Origin: Trichormus sp. ATA11-4-KO1
Lineage (GTDB): Bacteria; Cyanobacteriota; Cyanobacteriia; Cyanobacteriales; Nostocaceae
Length of the DNA: 64,000 bases
NCBI GenBank assembly: GCA_019358915.1
Contig: JAHHIM010000005.1
Span: forward strand, 32,001 to 96,000
Direction: 5' to 3'
In this document: positions 10,651-22,084 of the stretch, piece after piece
How positions within the stretch are numbered: the first letter of the stretch is position 1
Layout of the letters: each line of letters starts with the position of its first letter
The notes under the pieces: generated by a model
What the model was told of the DNA's origin: nothing
Database searches by the model: none
The model's input: the letters and a program-made list of their open reading frames with translations, nothing else
Translations under genes and position numbers: made by a program

Positions 10651-10830
10651 ATGACAAACGCAACCAACGTTAACGCTCAAGTAACCGAAGATCGCAACTC
10701 TTGGCGTTGGGGCTTTACACCCCAAGCAGAAATCTGGAACGGTCGCTTGGCAATGATTGGCTTTTTAGCAGCTGCATTAGTTGAGTTCTTTTCTGGTCAA
10801 GGCTTTCTTCATTTTTGGGGAATTCTGTAA
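10651..10830 (+). CDS. hli: High-light-inducible protein (HLIP/SCP, CAB/ELIP family)
   Basis: [19 protein letters not shown] chlorophyll-binding motif. Confidence 0.95.
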   Translation: MTNATNVNAQVTEDRNSWRWGFTPQAEIWNGRLAMIGFLAAALVEFFSGQGFLHFWGIL

Positions 10831-10868
10831 GTTTCATTACAGAGAATTAGCTACATAAAAAAATAAAT

Positions 10869-10906
10869 AAAAACCTGGTAGTTAATTACTACTACCAGGC
10901 TTTTTA
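10869..10906. terminator. Bidirectional terminator between convergent hli and sigA
   Basis: A-run, CCTGGTAGT...ACTACCAGG stem, T-run. Confidence 0.75.
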
Positions 10907-10942
10907 ATTGTTTGTCATCAGACAGTTGTTTCTAGCTAATGA

Positions 10943-12115
10943 CTACCGAATATATTCCTTAAGAACACTGTTGCGATTTGGGTGACGTAACTTGCGGAGT
11001 GCTTTCGCCTCAATTTGACGAATCCGTTCGCGAGTAACGTTGAAAATCTGCCCAATTTCCTCAAGTGTTTTCATGCGACCGTCATCCAAACCATAGCGGA
11101 GTCTGAGTACATCACGTTCACGAGGACTGAGGCTATCGAGGACTTTTTCTAAATCTTCACGCAGAAGATTTTTAGAAACCTGATCTTCAGGAGTTTCACC
11201 ATCGGATTCAATAAAATCGCCCAATCGAGAATCTTCTTCTTTACCGATGGGTGTTTCTAGTGAAATAGGCAACTGGGCAGATTTAGCGATAAACCGCAAC
11301 TTCTCGATGGTCATTTCCATGCGAGTAGCGATTTCTTCTTCTGTGGGTTTGCGACCCATTTCTTGAGATAGTAACTTGGTAGTCTTCTTGATCCGCGAGA
11401 TGGTTTCATAGAGGTGAACCGGGAGGCGGATAGTGCGGGATTGATCAGCGATCGCACGGGTAATTGCTTGACGAATCCACCATGTAGCGTAGGTAGAAAA
11501 CTTATAACCTTTTTCGTGGTCAAACTTTTCCGCAGCGCGAATCAAACCGAGACTGCCTTCCTGAATTAAGTCTTGGAAAGACAAACCACGATTCATATAT
11601 TTCTTGGCAATTGACACCACAAGACGCAGGTTTGACTGCACCATTTTATCTTTTGCCCTGCGACCAATATGCAGTCGATAACGAAATGCTGGCAAAGGTA
11701 GTTGTACTGCTTCTGCCCATTCGCTGTCTCGAGGATCGCGTTCTAACTGCTCGGAAAGCCTTTCCCTTACCCTCTCTAATTCCAACAAATCGGCGATTTT
11801 GCGCGCTAATTCAATTTCTTCATCTGCCCGCAACAGACGAATTCGACCAATTTCTTGTAAATAAAGGCGAATCGAGTCTTCGGTGTAGTGCTTTTTCTTG
11901 CTTTGTGTCCGACGACGCGATTTAGCGGCTTTTCCAGACTTTGCGTCGTCCTCATCAGACTGAGGCTCTAAAAATTCATCTTCGCCATCATCGTTAATCA
12001 GCAAGTCCTCTTCTTCTTCTTCGTCGATTAAGAGTTCTAACTCGAGCTCAGGCTGATTCATTATTTCTAGGTCAGGCTGATAAATGCTTTCGAGTACGTT
12101 GTTAGCCTGGTTCAT
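10943..12115 (-). CDS. sigA: Principal RNA polymerase sigma factor SigA/RpoD
   Basis: [71 protein letters not shown]. Confidence 0.98.
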   Translation of the reverse strand: MNQANNVLESIYQPDLEIMNQPELELELLIDEEEEEDLLINDDGEDEFLEPQSDEDDAKSGKAAKSRRRTQSKKKHYTEDSIRLYLQEIGRIRLLRADEEIELARKIADLLELERVRERLSEQLERDPRDSEWAEAVQLPLPAFRYRLHIGRRAKDKMVQSNLRLVVSIAKKYMNRGLSFQDLIQEGSLGLIRAAEKFDHEKGYKFSTYATWWIRQAITRAIADQSRTIRLPVHLYETISRIKKTTKLLSQEMGRKPTEEEIATRMEMTIEKLRFIAKSAQLPISLETPIGKEEDSRLGDFIESDGETPEDQVSKNLLREDLEKVLDSLSPRERDVLRLRYGLDDGRMKTLEEIGQIFNVTRERIRQIEAKALRKLRHPNRNSVLKEYIR

Positions 12116-13690
12116 GCCGCGTTCCTCATGCTCCTTGCAGAATCAATTACTCAACATGTGTTTACTGCTCTTTTTAAATGAGCTAGTTAACAACCGAAAA
12201 TAGGGTTTTAGGCTGATTTCCCTGGAATGTTTTCGGAAGTTTTGCTCCCCTTTTAGAGGATTTCTTAACTGTATGTGGAAAGTCGCAGTTACTGCTGACT
12301 TACTCACCTTAGTTAAAAGCCATATGTGTTGCTAAGGCACACAACTTTTAACTGGTTCGTCTAAAAAGACTTGTCTTGATCTAGAAATCTACCACTCCAT
12401 ATAAATGAAATATGACTGTTGGCATATTTTCCGATAAAGACTGTTCCGATTGTAGCCTGTTTCACAAAAATTGCACTCTTTTTGTGTATTAATCATGATG
12501 TCATTAAGCAAGGTAAAGCCACTATTATCAAAAAGATATTGGAAATGGTAGTCAGACCCTTAAATTTTTTCTAAAACTTTTTGGAATTCTAGTGGCATCA
12601 TCTTTACATTCAAAGGAAACTACACTCGCCCTTACACAATTTTAGGTATTATGTACAACATTAATTACCTAGAAACAGTGCTTTTTATATTAACTTAGGC
12701 GAGAAATATTAATGCACCCATTTTTACATTTCCTTCATAAATGACTCATTTCTAAAAGTTGTACGGAACTCTCCATAGCTTAGATACAGCAAGAATGGTG
12801 ATACTTGTCTCAATATACTTAACCTTTCGTATGCCAAATACCTGAACTAGGGAGTTGAGGCTGTGGCAGGATCAGCCAGACGGCCAACAATTAAGATTTG
12901 ACTGATTTGGTCTTATTCACACATTAGCGCACTGTTGAGATTTCAACCCTATGAAACTTGACAAACTGTTCTTATTGTATACACCGATATTTTAATCAAT
13001 TCAGCAGAAATTTGACAGTGAAAATTACAGATATTAGCTTACTGAAGGCAAAACTTTATCGGATACAGACAAAATAACAGTCTTGACGCCAGCAAGACGG
13101 AAAGATGTTAGCAAGCTTTGATCTGCTGTTAGTAGTGAGAAGTTTAGAAGAGACAAAAATCGGATTGTTGGTTTAGAAGCTACTTGCAAATTAGATTTAC
13201 GTAATAAACTGGTTAAATTTAATACTTGAATTTCAAGAGAAATATTGTAATTTTGTGATATTCAATCTTGAAGATATTCAGCTCATTTTGCTTGGTAGAC
13301 AAGATTGAGCTTTGCTATTCAAGGATAACAAATGCTTCTCTAACTTGTGGGAGAAATCAACCCAAGAGTGATAATTCTGTACTTTTGTCTCTGACCGAAG
13401 TGCCGACCCATTTGGCATCTATAAATAATTCTCAAGCGCTGTCAGAAAATACTTGACAATAAGTTAGTTCTATGCAATGACACATATTGGAAAAATTGAT
13501 AGTTTTGCTAATCTAATGTTTATGTATTCTATCAAACAATTTTCACTGAACAAAAAGTAGCAAAAAAATTTCCCCGGTCTTTGTTGTTGCTGAGCTTGAA
13601 CTCAAACCGGGGAGTTTCGTGTTTTCTAAGGGAACTCCAAAAAATAAATTATCCAATTGTTACATCTAATACAACTCTTAAATCCTTAAA

Positions 13691-14347
13691 TTACTGTGGT
13701 GTGGGGCTTGTGTTCACAGTGGCTGGGAAGTTTGGTGGCAGAATAACTCTGTCAACTACATGAACAACGCCGTTGCTAGCTGGGATGTCTGCCTGAGTCA
13801 CCTTAGCATCGTTGACGGTGATTGCGCCAGGAGCATCAGCTTTTACCGTGACAGGATTACCCTCAACTGTTTTAACTTCACCAGATGTCAGTTGGCTAGA
13901 GGTAATTTGTCCAGGTACAACGTGGTAGGCAATCAGCTTCACTAATTGGTCTTTGTTTTCTGGTCTCAAGAGGTTGTCTAAAGTATCTTTTGGTAATGCG
14001 GCAAAAGCGGCATCAGTAGGGGCAAATACTGTGTAAGGACCTGGCGTTGCTAATTGTTCCTTTAAACCTGCGGCTTCCACTGCCCGTGTTAGTGTTTGAA
14101 ATTGTCCTTCTTTAGCTGCTGCCTGTGCTAGTTCTGCCAAATTGAGGTCAGCAGTTGTTTCTGTACGAGTATCGGCAACGGGAGGGGCAGTAGTGGTAGG
14201 AGTTTCCGTGACGGGAGGAGCGGCAGGTGGAGCTTGTGTGACAGGCTGGGCACAGGCAGATAGAGCAACCAGGCTGCCTACACCAATAATATTGAATAAT
14301 GTTTTTTCTACTATGCTTTGACTCACTTTCATAGTTTTGGGTAACAT
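13691..14347 (-). CDS. Fasciclin (FAS1) domain lipoprotein
   Basis: Lipobox LSAC; GPYTVFAPTDAAF, YHVVPG, ASNGVVHVVDRVILP. Confidence 0.93.
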   Translation of the reverse strand: MLPKTMKVSQSIVEKTLFNIIGVGSLVALSACAQPVTQAPPAAPPVTETPTTTAPPVADTRTETTADLNLAELAQAAAKEGQFQTLTRAVEAAGLKEQLATPGPYTVFAPTDAAFAALPKDTLDNLLRPENKDQLVKLIAYHVVPGQITSSQLTSGEVKTVEGNPVTVKADAPGAITVNDAKVTQADIPASNGVVHVVDRVILPPNFPATVNTSPTPQ

Positions 14348-14625
14348 CCAGTTCAGTAGAGAATTACTGACAATAGTTAATAATTTTATGGATATCGTCC
14401 CTCAGCCTAACGACGTAGTTTAAAAATACATAAATTGAGTTGTAAATTTTAGCACTTAAGATCAATAAAATATTTAGACAAAATGAATTTTACACCTGCT
14501 CTTGGCTGAATAAGCGTTTGAGTCGATTTTGATGGGTAATTTTAAGTTGTGCAAATACTTAACATTTCCTAGAGATGCATCAGTCAAAAGAAATAAGCTA
14601 TCGTACCAAAACTTTCCTACTTGAT

Positions 14626-14921
14626 ATGACCTACGAATAGGTAAAGAGCCTAAGGTCAGAAGACTTTAAACGCTTGTGTGGTGTACATCCAGATACTTTT
14701 AACGAGATGGTAGAGGTAGTGCGATAAGCCTAACGGCATAGCTTCGCTTACCGCTTGAGCGAACAAAACAGAAAACAGGCCGACCGGGTAAATTAAGCTT
14801 ACAAGACCAATTGTTGATGACATGAGAATACTGGAGAGAGTACCGTACCTATTTCCATATAGGTCAATCTTGGGGAGTAAATGAGTCTACAGCTTACCGA
14901 ATTATCCGAAAAATAGAAGAT
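14626..14921 (+). pseudogene. Degraded IS5-family (IS702/ISL2-like) transposase N-terminus
   Basis: Manual translation MTYE*VKSLRSEDFKRLCGVHPDTFNEMVEVVR/LERTKQKTGRPGKLSLQDQLLMT*EYWREYRTYFHIGQSWGVNESTAYRIIRKIED shows two stops, a frameshifting insertion and truncation. Confidence 0.85.
14721..14754. repeat. Small dispersed repeat inserted in a HIP1 site
   Basis: GCGAT[AAGCCTAACGGCATAGCTTCGCTTAC]CGC; removing the 26 nt restores both GCGATCGC and the transposase frame. Confidence 0.75.
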
Positions 14922-15132
14922 AGTACAAACCTTATTTTGTCTGTCTTGTAGCCTTATTGTCGCCCCCTCAGGGTAATATCATGACCTTTTTTATTGGCAT
15001 TTACACATATTCGTCCTGTCCAACCAAGACAATCAGGGTCGCCTGCACCATTAACAAATGACTCGCTCAGAAAACAAATTCTAATTTGATGTCCAGATTT
15101 TAAGCCACTAAACTTTCTCTTCTTTACTAAGT

Positions 15133-15939
15133 TTACCTGGGATTAGCTAATAACCAACTAACTGCAAAATCAACAGCATTTATGATAGAAAATAGCTTTG
15201 TTTGTGCAGAGCCAACTGTCGAGACTTTGACATGACCAGCTTGCTCAAAAGCTTCACCCATGTCCACAAAATTTTCACTGTCTAATTCAATGTCTGTATA
15301 TAATTTCCAGACTCGCTCTCCCGTCTCTACAATAGGTGCACCTTTGTTAACTCGCTTTGTTTGACCAACTCGATACTCACCTAGATGAAAACTGGTACAA
15401 TTGTCGTACCCAACCCCCAATAACATCACCCAACCGTTCAATTCATAGAGACGAGCTAACGGCGAACTTTCTCCCAGGGAGTTATCAAGAGTATGATCTG
15501 AGGTGATTTCTTCGGCGTGCTTTCCCCAAGCAGCAAACGAAACTGCTGGATGAGAACTCCGTACTACATTTTGCCAAGTTCGGAAAGTTTCAACAATCTT
15601 ACCCATACCTCTTGTAGGAGTTATCCTTGGGTCAAAAGCTGGCATGGTTTTACGAATAATTGACCACCAGTCACTGGGAACAGAAGGTGCTTGCCACTCA
15701 GCCGGGTCAGATAAATCACCAGAATGGGTAGGCATTACCAAAGTCCCTGCTGGCGTAATTACATCCATCAGTGCCTGAACCACTGCAACTGAACCTCCAC
15801 AAACCCATCCTAGAGAACTGAGAGAAGAGTGTACTATCACAGTCATACCTGAAGTTAAACCTGCATTGAAAAATTCTGTAGCCAGATTCTGACGAGTGCG
15901 AGGTGATGCTGTGCTCAAAATTATTTTTGATTTACTCAT
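15133..15939 (-). CDS. AAC(3)/YokD-family acetyltransferase
   Basis: VIVHSSLSSLGWVCGG, GTLVMPTHS, RSSHPAVSFAAWG, LLGVGYDNCTSFHLGE; likely ATG at 15939. Confidence 0.9.
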   Translation of the reverse strand: MSKSKIILSTASPRTRQNLATEFFNAGLTSGMTVIVHSSLSSLGWVCGGSVAVVQALMDVITPAGTLVMPTHSGDLSDPAEWQAPSVPSDWWSIIRKTMPAFDPRITPTRGMGKIVETFRTWQNVVRSSHPAVSFAAWGKHAEEITSDHTLDNSLGESSPLARLYELNGWVMLLGVGYDNCTSFHLGEYRVGQTKRVNKGAPIVETGERVWKLYTDIELDSENFVDMGEAFEQAGHVKVSTVGSAQTKLFSIINAVDFAVSWLLANPR

Positions 15940-16060
15940 GTAAATTCTAAGTAAGTTTTCTGTATACAAAAAATACTTAAAAATAAGAGAGGCAGATAAT
16001 TCTACCTCTCTATCAAGGGAAAAATTAATTTAATTTCCCCAAAATTAATTCAGCTTATTT

Positions 16061-16390
16061 TTAGTATCTGCTGGGTTTGTGAACAATAAAGCTGAGAATT
16101 TGGCACTGCTTGATGTTGTCAAAACCCACAACACGGATATAGCAGTTGCTATATTGAGAACGGCAAGATTGTACTTCGTTCAGTACTTCTTGAGTGGATT
16201 TAGCGCCAAACAAAGGTAATTTCCACATTGTCCAGAACAATTCGGTTGGTTCAGAAGTTTCGTTGAACTCAACAGCTGGAATATAACCTTGAGTCAAGAT
16301 GTACTGAATCTGCTTGGCAATTTGCGCATCAGAAAGAGGTGGTAGATAAGAAAGGGTTTCGTAACGACGCTCTTTTGGTAAAGTTTGCAT
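16061..16390 (-). CDS. rbcS: RuBisCO small subunit
   Basis: [37 protein letters not shown]. Confidence 0.99.
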   Translation of the reverse strand: MQTLPKERRYETLSYLPPLSDAQIAKQIQYILTQGYIPAVEFNETSEPTELFWTMWKLPLFGAKSTQEVLNEVQSCRSQYSNCYIRVVGFDNIKQCQILSFIVHKPSRY

Positions 16391-16447
16391 AGCTTTTGAT
16401 AATGGGTGGGGATTGATACTAGTTTTCAGCTATCAGTGAATAACTAT

Positions 16448-16846
16448 TCACTGTTCACTGTTGGAATCTGAACTTGTCTGCTGTTCTGGTTGCGGACTGG
16501 GGTGAGATGTATCTATGAGTGTGATGCGTTCTAGATGCTGGCGACGTTGTTCCATATTGGCTTGCTGAATGCCAGTAAGAACCATTTCTGGAAGAAATTC
16601 GGCGACTTCTACTGCTATATGTTCTCTGACAGTCATGATCCGCAATGCCAAATCTGGCTTTTCTTGAAACAGTTGCTCAAGATACGCTTCTCCATCCTGG
16701 ATTTTGCCGACGGAAAAGTTATGTAACCAAAGTTCCAATGGTGGATTTGTTTCGCCTAGCTGTACCAGTACTGTCTTCAGCGCCTGATAAGTCAGGTAGC
16801 TTTGCAGTGTCTTGGCTGTATCCTTGGCAATTTGCTTAAGATTCAT
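16448..16846 (-). CDS. rbcX: RuBisCO assembly chaperone RbcX
   Basis: MNLKQIAKDTAKTLQSYLTYQA; lies between rbcL and rbcS. Confidence 0.98.
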   Translation of the reverse strand: MNLKQIAKDTAKTLQSYLTYQALKTVLVQLGETNPPLELWLHNFSVGKIQDGEAYLEQLFQEKPDLALRIMTVREHIAVEVAEFLPEMVLTGIQQANMEQRRQHLERITLIDTSHPSPQPEQQTSSDSNSEQ

Positions 16847-16910
16847 GTTTGACCCCAGCCCATAAAAAGTAAAAAGTAAAGAAAAAGAATGTTTATTTCT
16901 TCTACCCTTC

Positions 16911-17003
16911 GGGTTCGCAGTCGCTCATGGGGGAAACCATGCCAGTTGCTCATGGGGGAAACCCCCAAGACCGCACTGTCTCCCCAAGACCGCGCTGTCT
17001 CAC
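16911..17003. repeat. Nested small dispersed repeat in the rbcL-rbcX spacer
   Basis: Outer GCAGTCGCTCATGGGGGAAACC|CCCCAAGACCGCGCTGTCTC is interrupted by an inner near-copy GCCAGTTGCTCATGGGGGAAACCCCCAAGACCGCACTGTCT (16939-16981). Confidence 0.8.
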
Positions 17004-17032
17004 CTTTTAACTTTTTACTTGTTACCGGAGGA

Positions 17033-18463
17033 TCAGACAGTATCCATGGCCTCGAACTCGAACTTGATTTCTTTCCACAGTTCGCAAGCTACAGCTAGTT
17101 CAGGACTCCACTTAGCAGCTTCGCGGATCACGTCGTTACCTTCACGAGCCAAGTTGCGACCTTCGTTACGAGCTTGGATACAAGCTTCTAATGCTACACG
17201 GTTAGCGGTTGCACCAGGTGCGTTACCCCAGGGGTGACCAAGAGTACCACCACCGAATTGTAGTACAGAGTCATCACCGAAGATTTCTACAAGTGCAGGC
17301 ATGTGCCATACGTGGATACCACCGGAAGCAACTGCCATGACACCAGGCATAGAAGCCCAATCTTGGGTGAAGTAGATACCGCGAGACTTGTCTTGCTCAA
17401 TGTAATTTTCGCGTAACAGGTCAACGAAGCCCATTGTGATCCCACGTTCACCTTCCAATTTACCAACTACGGTGCCGGTGTGGATGTGGTCACCACCAGA
17501 CATGCGTAGGGTTTTAGCCAAAACGCGGAAGTGGATACCGTGGTTCTTTTGACGATCGATAACAGCGTGCATCGCCCGGTGAATGTGTAGCAACAAACCG
17601 TTGTCACGACACCAACGAGCCAATGTGGTGTTGGCGGTGAAACCTGCTGTCAGGTAGTCGTGCATGATGATGGGCATTTTGAGTTCTTTAGCGAACTCAG
17701 CCCGTTGCAACATTTGTTCACAGGTGGGAGCGGTGACGTTGAGGTAGTGACCTTTGATTTCACCAGTTTCTGCTTGTGCTTTGTGGATGGCTTCTGCGAC
17801 AAACAAGAAGCGATCGCGCCATCTTTGGAAAGGTGCAGAGTTGATGTTTTCGTCGTCTTTGGTGAAGTCCAAACCACCGCGCAAGCACTCGTATACAGCG
17901 CGTCCGTAGTTCTTAGCAGATAAACCTAATTTGGGCTTAATGGTACAACCCAGCAACGGACGACCATATTTGTTTAACTTGTCACGTTCAACTTGAATAC
18001 CGTGAGGAGGCCCTTGGAAGGTCTTCAGGTAAGCTACAGGAATCCGCAAGTCTTCCAAACGCAGTGCCCGCAAAGCTTTAAAACCAAATACGTTGCCGAC
18101 AATAGAGGTCAACATATTGGTGACGGAGCCTTCCTCGAACAAATCTAGAGGATAAGCAACGTAGCAGATGTATTGGTTATCTTCACCAGCAACGGGTTCG
18201 ATGTCGTAGCAACGACCTTTGTAGCGGTCTAGGTCGGTGAGCAAGTCTGTCCACACAGTTGTCCAAGTACCGGTGGAAGACTCAGCCGCCACAGCAGCAC
18301 CTGCTTCTTCGGGGGGAACTCCAGGTTGGGGAGTCATCCGGAATGCCGCAAGAATATCTGTATCTTTAGGTGTGTAATCTGGGGTGTAATAAGTTAGTCT
18401 GTAATCTTTTACCCCGGCTTGATACCCTGATTTGCTCTGGGTCTTCGTTTGAGCGTAAGACAT
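17033..18463 (-). CDS. rbcL: RuBisCO large subunit, form IB
   Basis: [10 protein letters not shown] catalytic motif; full 476 aa. Confidence 0.99.
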   Translation of the reverse strand: MSYAQTKTQSKSGYQAGVKDYRLTYYTPDYTPKDTDILAAFRMTPQPGVPPEEAGAAVAAESSTGTWTTVWTDLLTDLDRYKGRCYDIEPVAGEDNQYICYVAYPLDLFEEGSVTNMLTSIVGNVFGFKALRALRLEDLRIPVAYLKTFQGPPHGIQVERDKLNKYGRPLLGCTIKPKLGLSAKNYGRAVYECLRGGLDFTKDDENINSAPFQRWRDRFLFVAEAIHKAQAETGEIKGHYLNVTAPTCEQMLQRAEFAKELKMPIIMHDYLTAGFTANTTLARWCRDNGLLLHIHRAMHAVIDRQKNHGIHFRVLAKTLRMSGGDHIHTGTVVGKLEGERGITMGFVDLLRENYIEQDKSRGIYFTQDWASMPGVMAVASGGIHVWHMPALVEIFGDDSVLQFGGGTLGHPWGNAPGATANRVALEACIQARNEGRNLAREGNDVIREAAKWSPELAVACELWKEIKFEFEAMDTV

Positions 18464-18961
18464 AAATTCCCTTCCAAGAAGTCACTCTATTAATTACTTA
18501 ATCAAATCACGTTCTGTGCAACTTCTTCTGACTCCTACTCCTTCCCTCAATTAATTGAAGGGAAAAATCAGGAAAAATTTTTTGTTAGAGGTTGCCTTTG
18601 GCAAAGGATAGCGGTTTTCTGGCAACGAACAATTTGTGACAAATGTTCTATCCACGCAAAGGTACATGACCGAGCGCTTTCGCTTTTCCCTCATCCTGTG
18701 AATAAAAATTCTCTTTTATCTCTTTCTCTTGCCCCGCTAAATTTTTGTATTTCCAGCAAAAACTCCGCACTTTGCGGAAAGTATTATATTATTCCCCTAC
18801 ACATCGGGTTTTTTAGGGGATTGGGCTTGCTGACACGCATTCCCACCTCCGCACTCTTGATATGTCCCCTAATAATGGAGTACAGACCAAGAGAGAACTT
18901 GCTTGACAGAAATTCAGCAGAGTGGTAAGTGAAAGAAAAAGAAATTGCACACCACGTAATT

Positions 18962-18983
18962 TGTAACTTGTCTCACAATATAT
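18962..18983 (-). promoter_or_regulatory. rbcL promoter -10 (TATATT) with adjacent NtcA-type site TGTGAGACAAGTTACA
   Basis: GTG-N8-TAC about 500 nt upstream of rbcL, matching the arrangement known for the Anabaena rbcL promoter. Confidence 0.7.
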
Positions 18984-19280
18984 CAAGAATTTGATAAGTT
19001 ATTCTTTGAAAGTTTTTAACTTATTTATTTAAATTTGTTATTACATAAAGTTTTAAACATTTTGTTAAGAGTAATTTACAAAAAAACAGTAAGGGAGTAG
19101 AGAAGAGGCAGGGGGTAGGGTGCCGGGAGGAAAAGAAGGGGTGAAGTTATTTTCCCAATGACTAATTTAAAAAAATGTGTTGGTGACGTTTAAAACACAT
19201 TCACTAGGGGAACACTGAAATTAACCGCCAGCCTGTTTAGGTAATGGTTATAAGTACTATCTCCAAAGGAGAATGTCACC

Positions 19281-20405
19281 GTGGTATTGTTTCACAAGCG
19301 AACTAAATTATTGCTTACTTCTATATTTCTGGGGTTGATAACTTTGCCAAGCATTGGTATTGTAACCATGACAAATGCGGCAAGGGCAGACAAAATTGGT
19401 ACTAGTGTACCGCCACAAAAAACCCCTGACATCGATTCATCCGAGTTAACCCCTTCTTATCCGGCTGTACCACCACCACCGCGAGTAGACCCTTTACCTG
19501 ATGAACGGGGAATCCAAGAGAGGTCGATAGAAACAGATTATCGTGTTAACAACCTACTAGGCGATTTTACAGGTAATCTCTGGGTGGGTTCCTGGCGAGG
19601 ATTATCGCGAATTGACCCAAACACAGGCAAAATTTTAGCTCGTGTTAGTTTACCAAATATTGCCATTGGTGATTTGGCCCAAGACAAAGTGGGACGCTTG
19701 TGGGTAGGGACTTATGAGGGACTGAAGCGAGTAGACCCCCGCACTAGTGAAATTACAGCGCAGAATTTATTTTTGCCCTCCAAGCGGGTTTTGTCGTTGT
19801 TGATTGACAAGCGAGGCTATTTATGGGCGGGAACTGATAATGGCTTAGCTCTAATTAGTCCTGACCAAGGCTTAATTATGACCACATTAAAAAAGTTGCC
19901 TGGGGTTAGCGCCAACGCCATGACTTTAGATGCCGAAGGTCAATTGTGGATTGGCACACTGGATGGACTAGTGCGGGTGAATACTGCCAGCGCTATGATC
20001 ATAAAACGGATTAACGAGTTACCAGGAACAACCGTACAAGCTTTAGCCATTAGTCCAGAAGGGTTAATTTGGGCAGGAATGCCAAATAATTTGCTAGTGA
20101 TTAACCCAAAAACTGGTGCAGTCCTGAGGTCTGTAACTCGCCTGCGGGGACGGAATGTTACAGCAGTGCGTTTTGCCCAAGATGGTAGTGTATGGGTAGG
20201 AACTCACAATGGTTTGTTACGATTAAATCCAAATACAGGAGCTGTATTAGACGAAGTTGCTGGACTTCCTTCTAGTCGAGTTCTTGCCCTTGCGCCCGAC
20301 ATCGGCAATAAATTATGGGTTGGCACTAGTGAAGGTCTAGCTTGGTTAATGCCCAAAATGGAAAAAGCAAAACCTCATCTGGCTTTCAGTCGGGCTGTTC
20401 AATGA
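19281..20405 (+). CDS. Secreted beta-propeller protein (two-component regulator propeller repeats)
   Basis: Signal peptide; repeated D..G.LWVGT..GL motifs. Confidence 0.85.
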   Translation: MVLFHKRTKLLLTSIFLGLITLPSIGIVTMTNAARADKIGTSVPPQKTPDIDSSELTPSYPAVPPPPRVDPLPDERGIQERSIETDYRVNNLLGDFTGNLWVGSWRGLSRIDPNTGKILARVSLPNIAIGDLAQDKVGRLWVGTYEGLKRVDPRTSEITAQNLFLPSKRVLSLLIDKRGYLWAGTDNGLALISPDQGLIMTTLKKLPGVSANAMTLDAEGQLWIGTLDGLVRVNTASAMIIKRINELPGTTVQALAISPEGLIWAGMPNNLLVINPKTGAVLRSVTRLRGRNVTAVRFAQDGSVWVGTHNGLLRLNPNTGAVLDEVAGLPSSRVLALAPDIGNKLWVGTSEGLAWLMPKMEKAKPHLAFSRAVQ

Positions 20406-20498
20406 GGGAATAGGGGACAGGTTACAGATTACAGGGAATTAAATTTTTTCTCAGATTCCTCTATCCCCTATCTCCTATCCCCTATCACCTAATTAAAA

Positions 20499-21269
20499 AT
20501 GGCAATCACTACCCAGCAATTAATTCAATGGAAACAACAGGGACGGTCAATTGTGGCATTGACCGCCTGGGATTATGCGATCGCCCAACTGATCGATGCG
20601 GCTGGGGTAGACTTAATCCTAGTCGGAGATTCGATGGCAGCTGTTTTAGGGTATCAAACCACACTGCCAATTACCCTAGACGAAATGCTGTACCATGCTA
20701 AAGCTGTGCGTCGTGGTGTGAAACAAGCTCTAGTTGTGGTTGATTTGCCGTTTTTGACTTATCAAGAAAGCTTCCAACAAGCAATGCACTCGGCTGGGTT
20801 AGTCTTGAAGGAAACGGGCGCTCAAGCGGTTAAGTTGGAGGGTGGTTATCCAGCGATGGTAGAAACTATTACGCGTTTGGTACAAGCTGGAATTCCGGTC
20901 ATGGGTCATGTAGGTTTGACACCCCAATCAGTTCATCAATTGGGACTGCGACAACAGGGGAAAACTGAGGAGGCTGGTGAGAGGATTTTCAAAGAAGCGA
21001 TCGCCCTTGAACAAGCTGGTGTATTTTCGATAATCTTAGAGCATATTCCCGCAGATTTGGCAATGCAGATTACACAAAAATTAAGTATTCCCACAATTGG
21101 GATCGGTGCGGGAGTCCATTGTGATGGTCAGGTGTTAGTTACCTCAGATGTCCTGGGACTGACACAAAAGCAGCCACCATTTGCCAAAGTATACACAAAT
21201 CTGCGCGAGACTATTACCAAAGCTGTAGAAGATTATGCTGGGGAAGTGCGGGAACGAAAGTTTCCCTAA
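20499..21269 (+). CDS. panB: 3-methyl-2-oxobutanoate hydroxymethyltransferase
   Basis: [42 protein letters not shown]. Confidence 0.97.
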   Translation: MAITTQQLIQWKQQGRSIVALTAWDYAIAQLIDAAGVDLILVGDSMAAVLGYQTTLPITLDEMLYHAKAVRRGVKQALVVVDLPFLTYQESFQQAMHSAGLVLKETGAQAVKLEGGYPAMVETITRLVQAGIPVMGHVGLTPQSVHQLGLRQQGKTEEAGERIFKEAIALEQAGVFSIILEHIPADLAMQITQKLSIPTIGIGAGVHCDGQVLVTSDVLGLTQKQPPFAKVYTNLRETITKAVEDYAGEVRERKFP

Positions 21270-21290
21270 CTAAATACTAGGAGTAGTTTT

Positions 21291-22046
21291 ATGGTTCTAC
21301 AAGTTCACCCTACTCAAAAAACTCAAAAAGAACTAAATATTACTTGGGAGGCACTTCCAGCCGACTACATTTTACCTGACGAGCCAGTGGAAAATATTCA
21401 ACAACCACCTTTAGCCGCAGCGCTTACCGATGCTTTGGGAGCAACAAAACGTATTCAACCTCAAATGCTAATTGGCTCTAATTTTGGACTGGTAGCCACA
21501 GTTAATAAAAAAATTGTTGTCAAAGCACCTGATTGGTTTTATGTCCCTCAAGTGCAGCCTATAGCCGCAGGTGTAATTCGCCGTAGTTATACCCCAAATT
21601 TAGAAGGCGATGCGGTTGCTGTAGTCATGGAATTTTTGTCAGATACAGATAATGGAGAACTATCAGTCCGGTCAACTCCACCCTATGGCAAACTCTATTT
21701 TTATGAACATATTCTCAAGGTTCCCACTTACGTTACATACGACCCCTACGAACCAAGTTTAGAGGTGCGGTGTTTGCAGAATGGTCAATATAGTTTGCTG
21801 TCAGCAAATACCAATGGACGTTTCTGGATTCCTGAGTTAGAGCTATTTCTAGGAATCTGGCAGGGTGAAAGACTATGCCAAACTATGAATTGGCTGCGGT
21901 GGTGGGATCAAGCAGGAAATTTACTTTTGTGGAGTCAAGAACAAGCGGAACAGGAACGCCAACGCGCGGAACAGGAACACCAACGCGCGGAAATATTAGC
22001 CGCTAAGTTACGTGAGTTAGGTGTTGACCCTGAGGCGATCGCTTAA
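21291..22046 (+). CDS. Uma2 family endonuclease (DUF820)
   Basis: APDWFYVP, VVMEFLS, WLRWWD, and the AEQERQRAEQ..LRELGVDP tail. Confidence 0.92.
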   Translation: MVLQVHPTQKTQKELNITWEALPADYILPDEPVENIQQPPLAAALTDALGATKRIQPQMLIGSNFGLVATVNKKIVVKAPDWFYVPQVQPIAAGVIRRSYTPNLEGDAVAVVMEFLSDTDNGELSVRSTPPYGKLYFYEHILKVPTYVTYDPYEPSLEVRCLQNGQYSLLSANTNGRFWIPELELFLGIWQGERLCQTMNWLRWWDQAGNLLLWSQEQAEQERQRAEQEHQRAEILAAKLRELGVDPEAIA

Positions 22047-22084
22047 ATAACTTCCGCATAAATCTTTTGGTAAATCTTGAATAT

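Noticed and set aside
16889..17237. Plus-strand ORFs over the rbcL-rbcX spacer
   Set aside because: Antisense to rbcL and derived from the repeat element.
18698..18928. 76-aa plus-strand ORF upstream of rbcL
   Set aside because: Antisense to the long rbcL leader, with no motif or RBS.
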